Source of the DNA: a virus
Taxonomy: Duplodnaviria > Caudoviricetes
DNA: 64,000 nt
IMG/VR virus record: IMGVR_UViG_3300037067_027616
Location: 160,001 to 224,000 of that record
Direction: 5' to 3' (one strand)
The position numbers and the translations under genes were made by a program. A model generated the notes under the pieces. The model was not told the origin of the DNA and searched no databases. It saw only the letters and a program-made list of their open reading frames with translations. This document shows, piece by piece, positions 10,471 to 20,223 of this stretch. Position 1 is the first letter of the stretch. Each line of letters starts with the position of its first letter.

Positions 10471-10607
10471 TGTCCTGCGCTTCTTTCAAAACATCATCAA
10501 TGGTTTCGTCCGGTTTTCCCTCCAAGCGCCTAGCCTTAAGTCTTATGCGCTCGAGCTTCAAACCAGGCTCCAAGGCATCAGCGCCTATGTCATATCCAAT
10601 ATATTGC

Positions 10608-11264
10608 TCAAGCATTTTGCGACCTCAACTTCATAAGAGAGAGGGCAATGTTTGCACGTGCCAGCTTCTCATACTTATTTCGGAACGTATTTGTCTGGTA
10701 GATTTGCGGCCGACGCATGAACCCATCGAGGATCAGTTGCCTGCCTGTGGAGAATTCTTTGTCATTTACGTGTGCGTATTCCTTTCGTATTTGACTCTCG
10801 TACTCCGAAAATCTTTCCCAGGGACTTCCCAAAATGGCCAAATCAATGTCCGCGACAAGGGCTGCATCTCCAGAAAGGGCGTCCACGTGACGGGTTGCCA
10901 ATATAAGTTCCATTACGGCATCGTGGAATACCTTGTCTTCGATGCCAAGGCGCAGGCAATCAAAAAGGGCCTTGTTTGCGCTCAAACGTTCGTTTCCGGT
11001 AGCTGTTGGTTCATAAACTATGTCGTGGTACCACAAAGCCATTTCTACGGTAATAGGATTAGAACACTCCATGGATACTCCGCCAAATTCGTGCAAGCAC
11101 TCCTCGATATGGCGAAGGTTGTGGTAATGTCTATGTTCTTGGCTGTATAGCCTGAGAAGTTCCTCGGCTAGTTCATCTGCGATACCTGGGTGGCTTATGG
11201 CGCCGCGCGGCATCCTGCAGTAGAAATTCTTCAAAAGGCATAAGAGTGGATATTCTCTATCCAT
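10608..11264 (-). CDS. HD-superfamily phosphohydrolase
   Basis: RHYHNLRHI, ALWYHDIVY, DIDLAILG, IRKEY. Confidence 0.85.
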   Translation of the reverse strand: MDREYPLLCLLKNFYCRMPRGAISHPGIADELAEELLRLYSQEHRHYHNLRHIEECLHEFGGVSMECSNPITVEMALWYHDIVYEPTATGNERLSANKALFDCLRLGIEDKVFHDAVMELILATRHVDALSGDAALVADIDLAILGSPWERFSEYESQIRKEYAHVNDKEFSTGRQLILDGFMRRPQIYQTNTFRNKYEKLARANIALSLMKLRSQNA

Positions 11265-12376
11265 ACGTTCATCCCGGTAAGGGTGCCTGCATTGATCTCC
11301 CCGCTGTTATCAATTTCGAGCATTGAACCGTGTTGACACTCCTTGATTTTTCCCTCTATCAATGACCTTTTGTGATCCGCATCCAACTGTGAATTCATGC
11401 GGCGCTCTATTTCGTCATCCCCGTAATTGCGTTCCTTGAGGCGCTTGCGCCGAACATCCTTGTTGGCAGTAACAAGAATGACGTTGTTGTTTACGATGTG
11501 CAATCCGTTGGCATCAGCGAGTAGTGCGCCGCTTATAATTACTATGCTGTTTCTTTTAGAGAGGTAATCTCGGCGAAGGTAGTATAAGATAGGTTCGAGC
11601 ATGATGTCGTTGTATGAACAACGCAACACCTCGTCAGAGAAAACGGCCTTGGACAGTTCCTGGATGTTTACTTTTCCGTTTTCTAACGAGACACTCAGTT
11701 CCGATGAAATCTCCCGGCGAACATCAGCACACACGGGATCCTCGTGGTTTAAAAGTATATCTTTTGCTATGCGATCCAAATCAGCATCCACCAAAGAGAA
11801 CCACGCCGGACCATAAGAATCCTTGAACTTCTGTTTGTATTTCTCCACAAGGAACGATTTACCCGCCCCAATTTCTCCAGTCACGCCAATACGAACTTGT
11901 TTGAGCATCCTCTCTTCCAAGGCCTGCTTAACAGACATCGGCACATACTCGAGGATCTCTTTTGCGGAATGAGCCTGCAGTTCCTTTACCGCGCTGGAAC
12001 TCACATGAGAAAGGGATTGGTCGGCTATGATCAAAAAGGTATCGATGCCCATCCTTTGGCCATAGTTGATATCGTGCAATATCTGCTCGAAGGCAAAGTC
12101 GGTGCTGTTGCGGACGCCACGTATGATGGTGCGTATGTTTTTGCTGTAGGCAAAATCAACGAGGAGGCCCTCAAACGGCACCACCTCCACGTTGATGCGG
12201 TTGAGAGCCTTGCGTGCCAAAGCGACACGTTCCTCTATTGAGAACGTATATTTCTTTGATACGTTGTTTCCGATCCCTACGATGACCTTGTCAAACACGC
12301 GCAAGGCTCTGTTTACGATGTCGATATGACCGTACGTTATTGGGTCAGCACTCAACGCATAAATTGCCTCACGCAT
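11231..12376 (-). CDS. coaD: Bifunctional phosphopantetheine adenylyltransferase / dephospho-CoA kinase (CoaD-CoaE fusion)
   Basis: DPITYGHIDI, IIRGVRN..DF..E, VSSSAVKE, then IGVTGEIGAGKS and RMNSQL. Confidence 0.88.
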   Translation of the reverse strand: MREAIYALSADPITYGHIDIVNRALRVFDKVIVGIGNNVSKKYTFSIEERVALARKALNRINVEVVPFEGLLVDFAYSKNIRTIIRGVRNSTDFAFEQILHDINYGQRMGIDTFLIIADQSLSHVSSSAVKELQAHSAKEILEYVPMSVKQALEERMLKQVRIGVTGEIGAGKSFLVEKYKQKFKDSYGPAWFSLVDADLDRIAKDILLNHEDPVCADVRREISSELSVSLENGKVNIQELSKAVFSDEVLRCSYNDIMLEPILYYLRRDYLSKRNSIVIISGALLADANGLHIVNNNVILVTANKDVRRKRLKERNYGDDEIERRMNSQLDADHKRSLIEGKIKECQHGSMLEIDNSGEINAGTLTGMNVWIENIHSYAF

Positions 12377-12385
12377 GTTATCTCC

Positions 12386-12976
12386 TTACGCAGCCACAAG
12401 TTCATTAAGATACTTCTTGTACGCCACGTGGGCTTCGTTTTCAGGGTTGTAGTTGAACGAAACAAACGCCCATCCACCCCTGCGGATCTTTGGCTCGACC
12501 GGAGTCCGGATAAGTTTCAACCCGGCTTCTTTAGGCGTCCTTCCGCCTTTGCGTCTGATATTGCACGTCTTGCAAGCGCAAACGCAGTTTTCGTAACTGT
12601 CAGCACCCCCACGCCATTGAGGAAAGATGTGGTCGATGGTACGGTCGTTCGCGGTGCACTTGTACACGAAACGATGACCAAATTCGTCATAGTGCCAATA
12701 TTGGCAGTTGTTTTGGTCGCGTTCGTACACCAGGTCGTCACTGTAATGAAGCGGCCCGGCTTTGATTGAGCAACCAAAAAACGTCTTGAGCATCACGACA
12801 AGCGGTATGGGCATGACGAAATGATTTCCGTTTCTGTTATATGCTGCTCGGATTTGCTTAGATTCGTCTGCCTTGACCATGACTACCTTGTTTTTCACGT
12901 GAAGCTTTATGACGTCCTTAATAGACCTGTCTCCCCAATACTGACCACTACCGTTCAATACAACGACCGACCCCAT
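12386..12976 (-). CDS. HNH endonuclease (McrA/HNH_5-like)
   Basis: VVVLN, RD..CQY, TIDHIFP..GG..SYENCV.ACKTCN..KG.RTP.EA. Confidence 0.85.
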   Translation of the reverse strand: MGSVVVLNGSGQYWGDRSIKDVIKLHVKNKVVMVKADESKQIRAAYNRNGNHFVMPIPLVVMLKTFFGCSIKAGPLHYSDDLVYERDQNNCQYWHYDEFGHRFVYKCTANDRTIDHIFPQWRGGADSYENCVCACKTCNIRRKGGRTPKEAGLKLIRTPVEPKIRRGGWAFVSFNYNPENEAHVAYKKYLNELVAA

Positions 12977-13096
12977 GATGGACCTCCTTCCTCGGAACTT
13001 AAAGTAAGAACAAAGCGTTAAGACCCAACCATTCTCTCGCTTTCATACGACCCTCCTTTTAACAGCACGGATTGTTTGCATGTGCTCATATGCAGT

Positions 13097-13126
13097 AATA
13101 TACTAAAATACATAGCGTTGTGTCAA
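13097..13126 (-). promoter_or_regulatory. Sigma70-like promoter upstream of a 15-codon ORF and the HNH/coaDE/RNA-repair run
   Basis: TTGACA-18 nt-TATATT on the minus strand. Confidence 0.6.
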
Positions 13127-13132
13127 CCTAAA

Positions 13133-13732
13133 TCACGCGCTTCGCGACAATGCTTTAAGATGCTCGAAGCATTCCATGACACGGTCGAGGAGCCCGATTG
13201 AATCAACTACGATGAACTTTTTGGGCGGGAACAATTTGAAGATGAAGGGTATCAAGCTGTCGGCCTCTTTGCGCCATCTTTCATCTAACTGTTCTGCAGA
13301 CCTGACGTTGTCGTCCACGGCCGCCATCACGGGCGGTAAGTGAAATACGATGTCGTAGCGCCTCGGTACATTCAGTTCACACAGCCTCGCGAAAAGATCG
13401 GATGCATACATGGCATCCTTTTTACTGTCTTGTTTCATTAGCATCGCATAAAGCCACCCGAGGTGTATGGGGCTGTCAGTTACCATGGCGTCCACAGGGG
13501 TTATGACCGCCCTATCCTCCCACTCTACCTGCCTCATGGAAACGGTGTATTGATCGGCAAGCGTGTCGATAGGGCCGTACTCGGCGATGTGCGCCCTGGC
13601 GTACTCGTGCACGAGTTCCACGCGCTTCATCCAATCGGTTTCAGTCCCGCACAATCCTGCGAGGGCGCGTGCGGTGCTCGTTTTACCTGACCCGGGTACG
13701 CCTGCGAATGCTATCCTTAATGGGTTTGACAC
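13133..13732 (-). CDS. NadR-like P-loop kinase (AAA_28)
   Basis: IAFAGVPGSGKTS, EYAR, TDS, YDIVF. Confidence 0.7.
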   Translation of the reverse strand: MSNPLRIAFAGVPGSGKTSTARALAGLCGTETDWMKRVELVHEYARAHIAEYGPIDTLADQYTVSMRQVEWEDRAVITPVDAMVTDSPIHLGWLYAMLMKQDSKKDAMYASDLFARLCELNVPRRYDIVFHLPPVMAAVDDNVRSAEQLDERWRKEADSLIPFIFKLFPPKKFIVVDSIGLLDRVMECFEHLKALSRSA

Positions 13733-13900
13733 CGTTTTTCTCCAAATTGTCTATGTATATTTTCAAGATGTCTTCCACCATTTGATTCAAAGTTATGTCT
13801 TTGCGGTGCGCTTCATTGAAGAGCCACCACAAAATATCCTCTTTGATTTCAATGGTAATCTTCACACGGCCGTCTTTTTTCATAATCACCTTTCTGTAAT

Positions 13901-13985
13901 TGGCGGAGGATGAGAGGGTCGAACTCCCACGACCTTTCAGTCACGTGTGTTCCAGACACGCCACTTACCATTAGTGTAATCCTCC
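13901..13985 (-). tRNA. tRNA-Ser(GGA)
   Basis: Cloverleaf, loop CT-GGA-AC, long variable arm, CCA. Confidence 0.9.
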
Positions 13986-13995
13986 ATTAATTCGG

Positions 13996-14078
13996 CGGCG
14001 GGCAGAGGACTCGAACCCCTACACCCTTTCGGGCGCCTGATCTCGAATCAGGTGCATTACCAATTATGCAAGCCCGCC
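13996..14078 (-). tRNA. tRNA-Ser(CGA)
   Basis: Loop TT-CGA-GA, long variable arm; ends CCG, no encoded CCA. Confidence 0.88.
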
Positions 14079-14329
14079 TTCCAGCATTTTCTTGACCTTG
14101 TTGAGATCCTCTTCAACTTTTGACATGTCATTGGCAACCATGTCAAGTGCATCGATTTCGTTCTCGTTGAAATTTGTGTCAGACTCCACCCGGCTCTCCT
14201 CCACATCAACATATTTGTCTACGAACACCACCAAATTCGAAAAGTCCTCGATGGCACCTTTGAATTTGGATCGCAGTTGGGCCTCGACAAGTAATTTTTC
14301 TATTTCATCTGCCATAGGATCCCACACAA

Positions 14330-14421
14330 TGGTGGAGGGAGCAAGATTTGAACTTGCGGGAGAGTTGCCCCTCCTCTAGTTTTCAAGACTAGCGCGATAA
14401 ACCAGGCTCTGCCATCCCTCC
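14330..14421 (-). tRNA. tRNA-Ser(TGA)
   Basis: Loop CT-TGA-AA, long variable arm, CCA. Confidence 0.92.
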
Positions 14422-14572
14422 TCATTTATGAATCGTTCTTTGCACCATGCACTCGACACAAAACCGTATGGCTCGTATCCTGTGCAGGATGTCCTCGAGC
14501 AGGCGGTCGGCTTCCTCCGCCTTCTTCGAGGCCTCGATGTCTTTGTTCTTTGGCTGTGTGTCTTCCATGAAG

Positions 14573-14815
14573 TCAACCTCCAGCGCCTTTGGAACTCTTG
14601 GTATTTTTGCCCCACTCCACGTATCCATAACACGCGATTGCCAAGAATACTGCAAATAACACGACATTGTACAATTCATTCTTGTAGTATCCTACAGCCA
14701 CGAGTATCACGTTGGCGGCGATGTAGAACATAAAACCGATGCGGTTCCTGCGCGCGTTGAGGAGCGCCCCAATTACCCCGAGAAGACTTCCGATCCACCC
14801 AAACACATCAGTCAT
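14573..14815 (-). CDS. Small PnuC-like (nicotinamide riboside transporter) membrane protein
   Basis: Three hydrophobic segments; N..L and YGY..W pattern. Confidence 0.55.
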   Translation of the reverse strand: MTDVFGWIGSLLGVIGALLNARRNRIGFMFYIAANVILVAVGYYKNELYNVVLFAVFLAIACYGYVEWGKNTKSSKGAGG

Positions 14816-15054
14816 TTCAACGGCCCCCGAAGATGACCCACAGCCAGCACACCAAGGATATTAGGAACGGGTAAAAAAGTGGGAACGTTGCTTTTTTGCC
14901 TTTCATTGCGTCATTCAGTTGCTCTAACTTTCCCCAATTGGTGCTCGTGTAACATACAAAGAGTAACAACCGAAGTATGAAAATAAGACCGAACAGTATA
15001 CCGAGCGACCAAGATAAAGCGTTCAAAAAGGCCACGACTTCCTCCTTGAATAAT

Positions 15055-15138
15055 TGGTGCGCCGAGAGAGCATCGAACTCACACGGGTTTCCCCACTGGC
15101 TCCTAAGACCAGCGCGTCTGCCATTCCGCCACCGGCGC
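15055..15138 (-). tRNA. tRNA-Leu(TAG)
   Basis: Loop CT-TAG-GA, GGCGGAATGGCAGACGC D arm, CCA. Confidence 0.93.
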
Positions 15139-15480
15139 TCAATCAAATACCCCGGGGTCGAATTTTGAATTCTTGTAACTGTAACATGTCAATATTACTT
15201 TTTCGCATGGGTCATATCGCGGTCCGTATTCATGCACGACCACTATGAGATTGCCATATTTGTAATACACTGCGTCCTTGAGATACTTTATGGTTTGCCT
15301 CAAACTCTTTTTGGGGGACACAGGAATCAAATCCCCGCGTAAATAAGCGTTTATAAGTCGTTGCTTGGTCAACACCTCATTGATTTTATCGTCTATGCGT
15401 GTACGATATTGCTTGATCGCATGTGGGGCGACTATTACAAATTTACGTAGCTTCGACAGTTGACGATAGGTGACCATCAT
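15139..15480 (-). CDS. Hypothetical protein
   Basis: ORF coupled to the HPr gene. Confidence 0.55.
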   Translation of the reverse strand: MMVTYRQLSKLRKFVIVAPHAIKQYRTRIDDKINEVLTKQRLINAYLRGDLIPVSPKKSLRQTIKYLKDAVYYKYGNLIVVVHEYGPRYDPCEKVILTCYSYKNSKFDPGVFD

Positions 15481-15749
15481 TCCACCATAAAATTCTCGAG
15501 GATGTCAGCTATTTCTTTGTATGCTTTTTCCTCTTCGGGGCCGCGCACCACAAGACTGACTGTTTTTCCTCCGTCCACCGCGAGCGACAGGAGACTCAAG
15601 ATGCTTTTGGCATCCGCCTTCATGCCGTTCTCCGGGTTCTCAATGGTTATTTCAGTGTTGTCGTACTCCTTGGCCCTTTGACAAATGCACAGCGAAGGTC
15701 TTGCGTGTAGTCCTATCTCGCTGCGTAACCTTACCGTTCCCTTTACCAT
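15477..15749 (-). CDS. ptsH: HPr phosphocarrier protein
   Basis: GLHARP (His15) and ADAKSILSLLSL (Ser46). Confidence 0.9.
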   Translation of the reverse strand: MVKGTVRLRSEIGLHARPSLCICQRAKEYDNTEITIENPENGMKADAKSILSLLSLAVDGGKTVSLVVRGPEEEKAYKEIADILENFMVE

Positions 15750-15765
15750 TTCAACCTTTCTTCCT

Positions 15766-15841
15766 TGGAGCCGATGAAGGGACTCAAACCCCCGACCCCC
15801 GCATTACAGGTGCGGTGCTCTATCAGCTGAGCTACATCGGC
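15766..15841 (-). tRNA. tRNA-Thr(TGT)
   Basis: Loop CC-TGT-AA (C33), T loop TTTGAGT, CCA. Confidence 0.88.
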
Positions 15842-15846
15842 TTATG

Positions 15847-16131
15847 TCAATATTCGTAATGTCCACGATCTTGATCACGCTCTTCTCTATCCCGGCGGCT
15901 CTTCCTCTTCTGCGGGAATTTGTCGAGCATCGCCTTCCTGATTGCATCCTTACGTTTCCGGCGTTTCTGCTCACTCGGTTTCTCGTACGAGCGCCTCTTC
16001 TTCAGTTCTGCGAGGATACCTGCGGACTCGGCGACCCTTTTGAACCTCCTGAGCATCCTCTCGATATTCTCCATACCGCCCTTGGTGTCTACTACTCCGT
16101 ACATTTTTGCTCCTTTGAATGTGTCCTTCAA
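15847..16131 (-). CDS. rpsU: Ribosomal protein bS21
   Basis: ENIERMLRRFKR...GILAELKKRRSYEKPSEQKRRK. Confidence 0.88.
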   Translation of the reverse strand: MKDTFKGAKMYGVVDTKGGMENIERMLRRFKRVAESAGILAELKKRRSYEKPSEQKRRKRKDAIRKAMLDKFPQKRKSRRDREERDQDRGHYEY

Positions 16132-17042
16132 GCCCTGCGCATCAAATCCGATACGAGGTGCTTTACTACTGGTGGTGGAAAACCGTTTCCTATACCCTCG
16201 AGCATTTTCGTCCTCGAAAGTACATTAATATCATATTCGTCACCGAGTCCTTGCAACCTCGCCGCAAGTCTGGGGCCACACATGTGAAGTTCCCCCGAGG
16301 GCATGACCACAACCCCATAAGGAACCCCTCGTTTGTAGTTGCTGACTACCGTACCAGCCACCACGTCAAAACGTAACGGTGGATGTCTCTTGCACCTTTT
16401 CGGGTCGCGAAACCAATACTTTTTCTCGTTGTAACTCATGGGACGCGTCAAAGGTTGCGTGTCCTTTTCAGGAGAATCGTAGAGATATTCCCGGACAAGG
16501 CTGGGTTTTTCCCAAGGTTCCTCCGGGTATGTCACGTTCCACTGTATCTTTTTAGAGCAGAGCATAACAACACGGCGCCTGTTCTGCGGCACACCATAAT
16601 CATAGCAGTTTATTTCTTGGCAGTCTACTGCGTACCCGCGTGCTTTCAAATCATTTATTATGGTACATAAATAGCTTTTAAACCGCGAAAGCCCAAAGCT
16701 GTTCTCGATAAGTACGTGATCCGGGTTGCACCGATCAATTGCCCTGAAGAAATGCGGGAAGGTGTTGCGTGAATCGTCTTCCCCCTTTGTGCCAAATCTG
16801 TTGGCACCTGGGGAAAAAGCCTTGCAGACGGGACCTCCGCTGAGAAGGTCACATTCAGTTATCTCGTATTTGTCGACATCTGCGCATATAGCTACGGGAC
16901 TGAGGTACATTGGTTGGCTGTTGTAGGCTTGCACAAACTTCGGGTCGATCTCGCAAGCCCCGACTACATTGGCCCCTGCCTGTGTCATACCCCAAGAGGA
17001 TAGTCCTACGCCAGAGAAGATTTCGACTACACGCATGCTCAC
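16128..17042 (-). CDS. C5 DNA cytosine methyltransferase
   Basis: EIFSGVG, GGPVCKAFS, IEN, YGVPQNRRRV, ARLQG, IGN. Confidence 0.85.
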   Translation of the reverse strand: MSMRVVEIFSGVGLSSWGMTQAGANVVGACEIDPKFVQAYNSQPMYLSPVAICADVDKYEITECDLLSGGPVCKAFSPGANRFGTKGEDDSRNTFPHFFRAIDRCNPDHVLIENSFGLSRFKSYLCTIINDLKARGYAVDCQEINCYDYGVPQNRRRVVMLCSKKIQWNVTYPEEPWEKPSLVREYLYDSPEKDTQPLTRPMSYNEKKYWFRDPKRCKRHPPLRFDVVAGTVVSNYKRGVPYGVVVMPSGELHMCGPRLAARLQGLGDEYDINVLSRTKMLEGIGNGFPPPVVKHLVSDLMRRA

Positions 17043-17051
17043 CTGTCCATT

Positions 17052-17139
17052 TGGTGCCCGAACCCGGACTTGAACCGGGACGAGGGTTTACCCCCAAGAG
17101 GGTTTAAGCCTCTTGTGTCTTCCATTCCACCACTCGGGC
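17052..17139 (-). tRNA. tRNA-Leu(TAA)
   Basis: Loop CT-TAA-AC, long variable arm, CCA. Confidence 0.92.
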
Positions 17140-17157
17140 AAAACCTGAAACAAAATA

Positions 17158-17772
17158 CTACTTGCCGGCGACGATGTAAACCCCGGGGGTGCCGTATCCT
17201 TCATAATTCTCGGCCTCCCGGATGCTGTACCCTATCCCCCGCATTTCCTCTACGAGGGTCCTTTTTGAGTATCCGCACGTGTGGAATTGCCCCGGGTCCA
17301 CCGGTGGATCCTCAACATCGCCGCATTCCATGTCGGCTTGGTAACCGAAAAGTGTGTATAAAAACCATCGACGCGAATTCGCGTTCAAGTCCCCACGAAG
17401 AAGGACTCCCATTATCATGTCTATGTCCGGCATGCTGAGGAGCAGGGTGCCCCCAGGCTTAAGAACACGGTGCCAATCTTTCAATGCCAACTTTGCTCTT
17501 CGTATCGGGAGATGCTCCAATGAATGAGCCGAAAAAAGTCCGTCTGCCGTGTTGGGTTTCATCGGTAGCTTGTAGATGTCAGCCTTCAACACTGATGGGA
17601 GCCGTGTATATCGATCGATGTTCACAAACCCTTGCAGAATACGCTTTCCGGAGCCAAGATTTAGGTACACCCCCGGGACATCCACCGCCCTTTTAAACAT
17701 GTCAGCCTCAATCGATTTGAGTCTTTCTCGGGCGTCCACATAGGACTTTGGCAAGTTAAAGGGGGTGCCCAT
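17158..17772 (-). CDS. Class I SAM-dependent methyltransferase (type 11)
   Basis: LNLGSG, NID, HSLEHL, RVLKPGG. Confidence 0.85.
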   Translation of the reverse strand: MGTPFNLPKSYVDARERLKSIEADMFKRAVDVPGVYLNLGSGKRILQGFVNIDRYTRLPSVLKADIYKLPMKPNTADGLFSAHSLEHLPIRRAKLALKDWHRVLKPGGTLLLSMPDIDMIMGVLLRGDLNANSRRWFLYTLFGYQADMECGDVEDPPVDPGQFHTCGYSKRTLVEEMRGIGYSIREAENYEGYGTPGVYIVAGK

Positions 17773-17882
17773 ATTGTGAATATACTAACTCGGTGTCCTT
17801 TTGTAAACATCGATCCACCAATAAGTTGTTTATATCCCCTTCCGTTATGCAGGCGGCACACCAGTAACCTGAGGCACGCATC

Positions 17883-18257
17883 ATGGAAGAACAAGAATTA
17901 AAAGAAGTAATCCAAAAGCAACAGGTCGAATCCTGTGATGAGAGGTATGTCCTTGAAAAGGTATATTGGCAACGCACGGTCAAAATGCTTGTCATGATCG
18001 TGTCACTGCTGATCACATTATCAGGAGGCATAATCGCTTGGGGTTTCAAGACTTCCGCAGAGGTTACAAACAACACCCAAGGCAGACGGGAAATCGAACG
18101 CAGGATTAGTGACATCGAATCCTTTTACAGAATTGCCAACGAAAACTACAGCAATGTTGCCAAAAACCAATTGGAAGCCCTACAATACTCACAGAGATTG
18201 AGCAGAAAATTGGACATCCTCATAGAACGGGCCGGGGCAAAATATTTGGAAGAGTAG
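17883..18257 (+). CDS. Single-pass membrane protein with coiled coil
   Basis: Hydrophobic MLVMIVSLLITLSGGIIAW; lone plus-strand gene in the tRNA block. Confidence 0.6.
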   Translation: MEEQELKEVIQKQQVESCDERYVLEKVYWQRTVKMLVMIVSLLITLSGGIIAWGFKTSAEVTNNTQGRREIERRISDIESFYRIANENYSNVAKNQLEALQYSQRLSRKLDILIERAGAKYLEE

Positions 18258-18260
18258 GTG

Positions 18261-18336
18261 TGGTGGAGCCTGAGAGAGTCGAACTCTCGGTCTCCTGCGT
18301 GCAAGGCAGGCGCTTTTCCAATTAAGCTAAGGCCCC
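18261..18336 (-). tRNA. tRNA-Ala(TGC)
   Basis: GGGGCC acceptor with G3:U70, loop CT-TGC-AC, CCA. Confidence 0.93.
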
Positions 18337-18344
18337 ACAATGTT

Positions 18345-18421
18345 TGGAGCCCACGAGTGGATTCAAACCACCGACTTTTTCCTTACCAAGGAAATACTCA
18401 TATCAACTGAGTTACGTGGGC
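18345..18421 (-). tRNA. tRNA-Thr(GGT)
   Basis: Loop TT-GGT-AA, T loop TTTGAAT, CCA. Confidence 0.88.
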
Positions 18422-18728
18422 TTATCTACCGTATTTGATGCTTAACGATGCCGCTCCGGCTACGCACATCAAAAAAAGATCGTATGTCCTGATCGCATAT
18501 GTGGGTATCTTGCGTAGTTTGTGAATCGTATTTTTAAGTTGTTCTTCGTCCAACAGCAGCGGAACTATCGTCTTGTGAACTCCGTCATACACCATAAAAT
18601 GCACAAAACCTGGATACATAGTTCCTTCAGAAGCAACCGTCCAGGCTCCTTCCGTGTGTGCATACTCATACACAATTAATGATTCCTTTGTCTCCATGTG
18701 TGTGGAGAAAAATGAATGTGTTATTCGG

Positions 18729-18804
18729 TGGCAGGGTGAGAGGGCATCGAACCCCCAGCCTCAGGTTTTGGAGACCTGCGCTCTGCCGATTGAGCTATCA
18801 CCCT
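18729..18804 (-). tRNA. tRNA-Trp(CCA)
   Basis: Loop CT-CCA-AA, CCA end. Confidence 0.93.
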
Positions 18805-20212
18805 AAAAGAGATATGAACTGATCGTAATTTTGTTTTGATCCGCCCACGCCCTCATAATTCGTTGCTCTTGAGGAGTAGGCGATCTGTTGCTCATACCAC
18901 GTGCTTGACAGATCTGCCCTTTGGTGAGTTCCATGGTGACCATCCTCCACGAGCCTTCCTTGTCAAACAACCTCAACGACCATATCGAGGATCTTCCCGA
19001 TGAGCAGGCCCATGTGTATGATGCCACGCAATGTTTCATGGCCCGGCCTTCATCGTACAGTTCCTTCGAGGTCAAAAGTTCCTTGATAATCCAAACCCTG
19101 CGGTTCTGCCCAGTTCCTTCCTCGAGCCGGAAGTCAGACACCACGCTGTGACTCCAAGAGGACGCACCTTTTTTAGCCTTTCCAAGTTCTTTGTGCCACC
19201 GTTCAACTTGATCCATCAAGGTATTGGCGTTCCGGCCGTTCATGCTGAAGTTTGGTTGTTCGGGATTTTGAGTAACGATGTTGCCTCGGTCGTCATATTC
19301 ATTGCGTATCTCATATTTAATGTGGCATATGTAATCGATGATCGGACCATATTGATTCGAGTCGAGCATGGGATTTGCAATGAGAAATTTTATAAACGAC
19401 TGCCGGAACTCATCATCAAACCGTTGCATGCGAGTGCCCCGCAAACGGGATGATATCCTCGTGTCCCCGCCGAGGGCAACGACCTGGCCATGTAAGAGGG
19501 CATCTATTACAGAGAAATACCCGGGGGCTTCAAGGAAATGGTGCGCCATCTTTTTCGTCAGCGGGAACGGAAGATTTCTCGCCGTCCGTATGTTGTTGCC
19601 GTTCCCTATGTGTATGTACCACTCTTGATGGAGTTGTTCATCAGCCTCCCAAACGCTGTCCATGAAGGTTGGTATGGGATACTTCGTGAAAAGGTGCCGT
19701 AACAACGATGATATCTGCCGTTGCAAGCTGTGGCTCTTCACCACCCACGTGGTGGGATCCTTTATCCAATACGGGGACCACCTCGCGATTTTTATGAGCA
19801 TCCTGATCGCTTGGGTGTCTTTAAGGATCTTTGACCGGTCATTACCTTTTCCAGACACGGAGTCGACAAGTTTGATTAAAGATCTTTTTGTGTCTTCGTC
19901 TAAAACAGACCTGTGATCAAACAGCGCGTTAGAAACAGAGGAAAATTCACACGATTTAGTTGGGTCTTGCAGGACCCTGTGAATGGCTTCCCGTTCGTTT
20001 CGAGGGGTGTGACTGCTTTTTTCCAAAGCTTTGATAGCCTTGTCTGCTTTGTATATCGAGGCCTCCCGTGCAATTTGCCAAGGGGTTTTATACCACGTGG
20101 CCTCAAACCCTGCTTCCTGGCACCACTCAAGGTACTTCGGCATCTCCAAACCGAAGCTACGAAGTATGACTTGTTCGGCGCTCTCCTTGTTGTACTTTTT
20201 CTGTACGGCCAT
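18803..20212 (-). CDS. PcfJ-like domain protein
   Basis: WH...L..EG..M.HCV.SY...C..G.SSIWSLR...T.E....Q.RG..N. Confidence 0.8.
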   Translation of the reverse strand: MAVQKKYNKESAEQVILRSFGLEMPKYLEWCQEAGFEATWYKTPWQIAREASIYKADKAIKALEKSSHTPRNEREAIHRVLQDPTKSCEFSSVSNALFDHRSVLDEDTKRSLIKLVDSVSGKGNDRSKILKDTQAIRMLIKIARWSPYWIKDPTTWVVKSHSLQRQISSLLRHLFTKYPIPTFMDSVWEADEQLHQEWYIHIGNGNNIRTARNLPFPLTKKMAHHFLEAPGYFSVIDALLHGQVVALGGDTRISSRLRGTRMQRFDDEFRQSFIKFLIANPMLDSNQYGPIIDYICHIKYEIRNEYDDRGNIVTQNPEQPNFSMNGRNANTLMDQVERWHKELGKAKKGASSWSHSVVSDFRLEEGTGQNRRVWIIKELLTSKELYDEGRAMKHCVASYTWACSSGRSSIWSLRLFDKEGSWRMVTMELTKGQICQARGMSNRSPTPQEQRIMRAWADQNKITISSYLF

Positions 20213-20223
20213 AAGGTCACCTT

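Noticed and set aside
12999-13046. 15-codon ORF MKAREWLGLNALFLL as a sixth attenuator
   Set aside because: It has a promoter and SD, but I saw no terminator/antiterminator pair and no tRNAs lie downstream.
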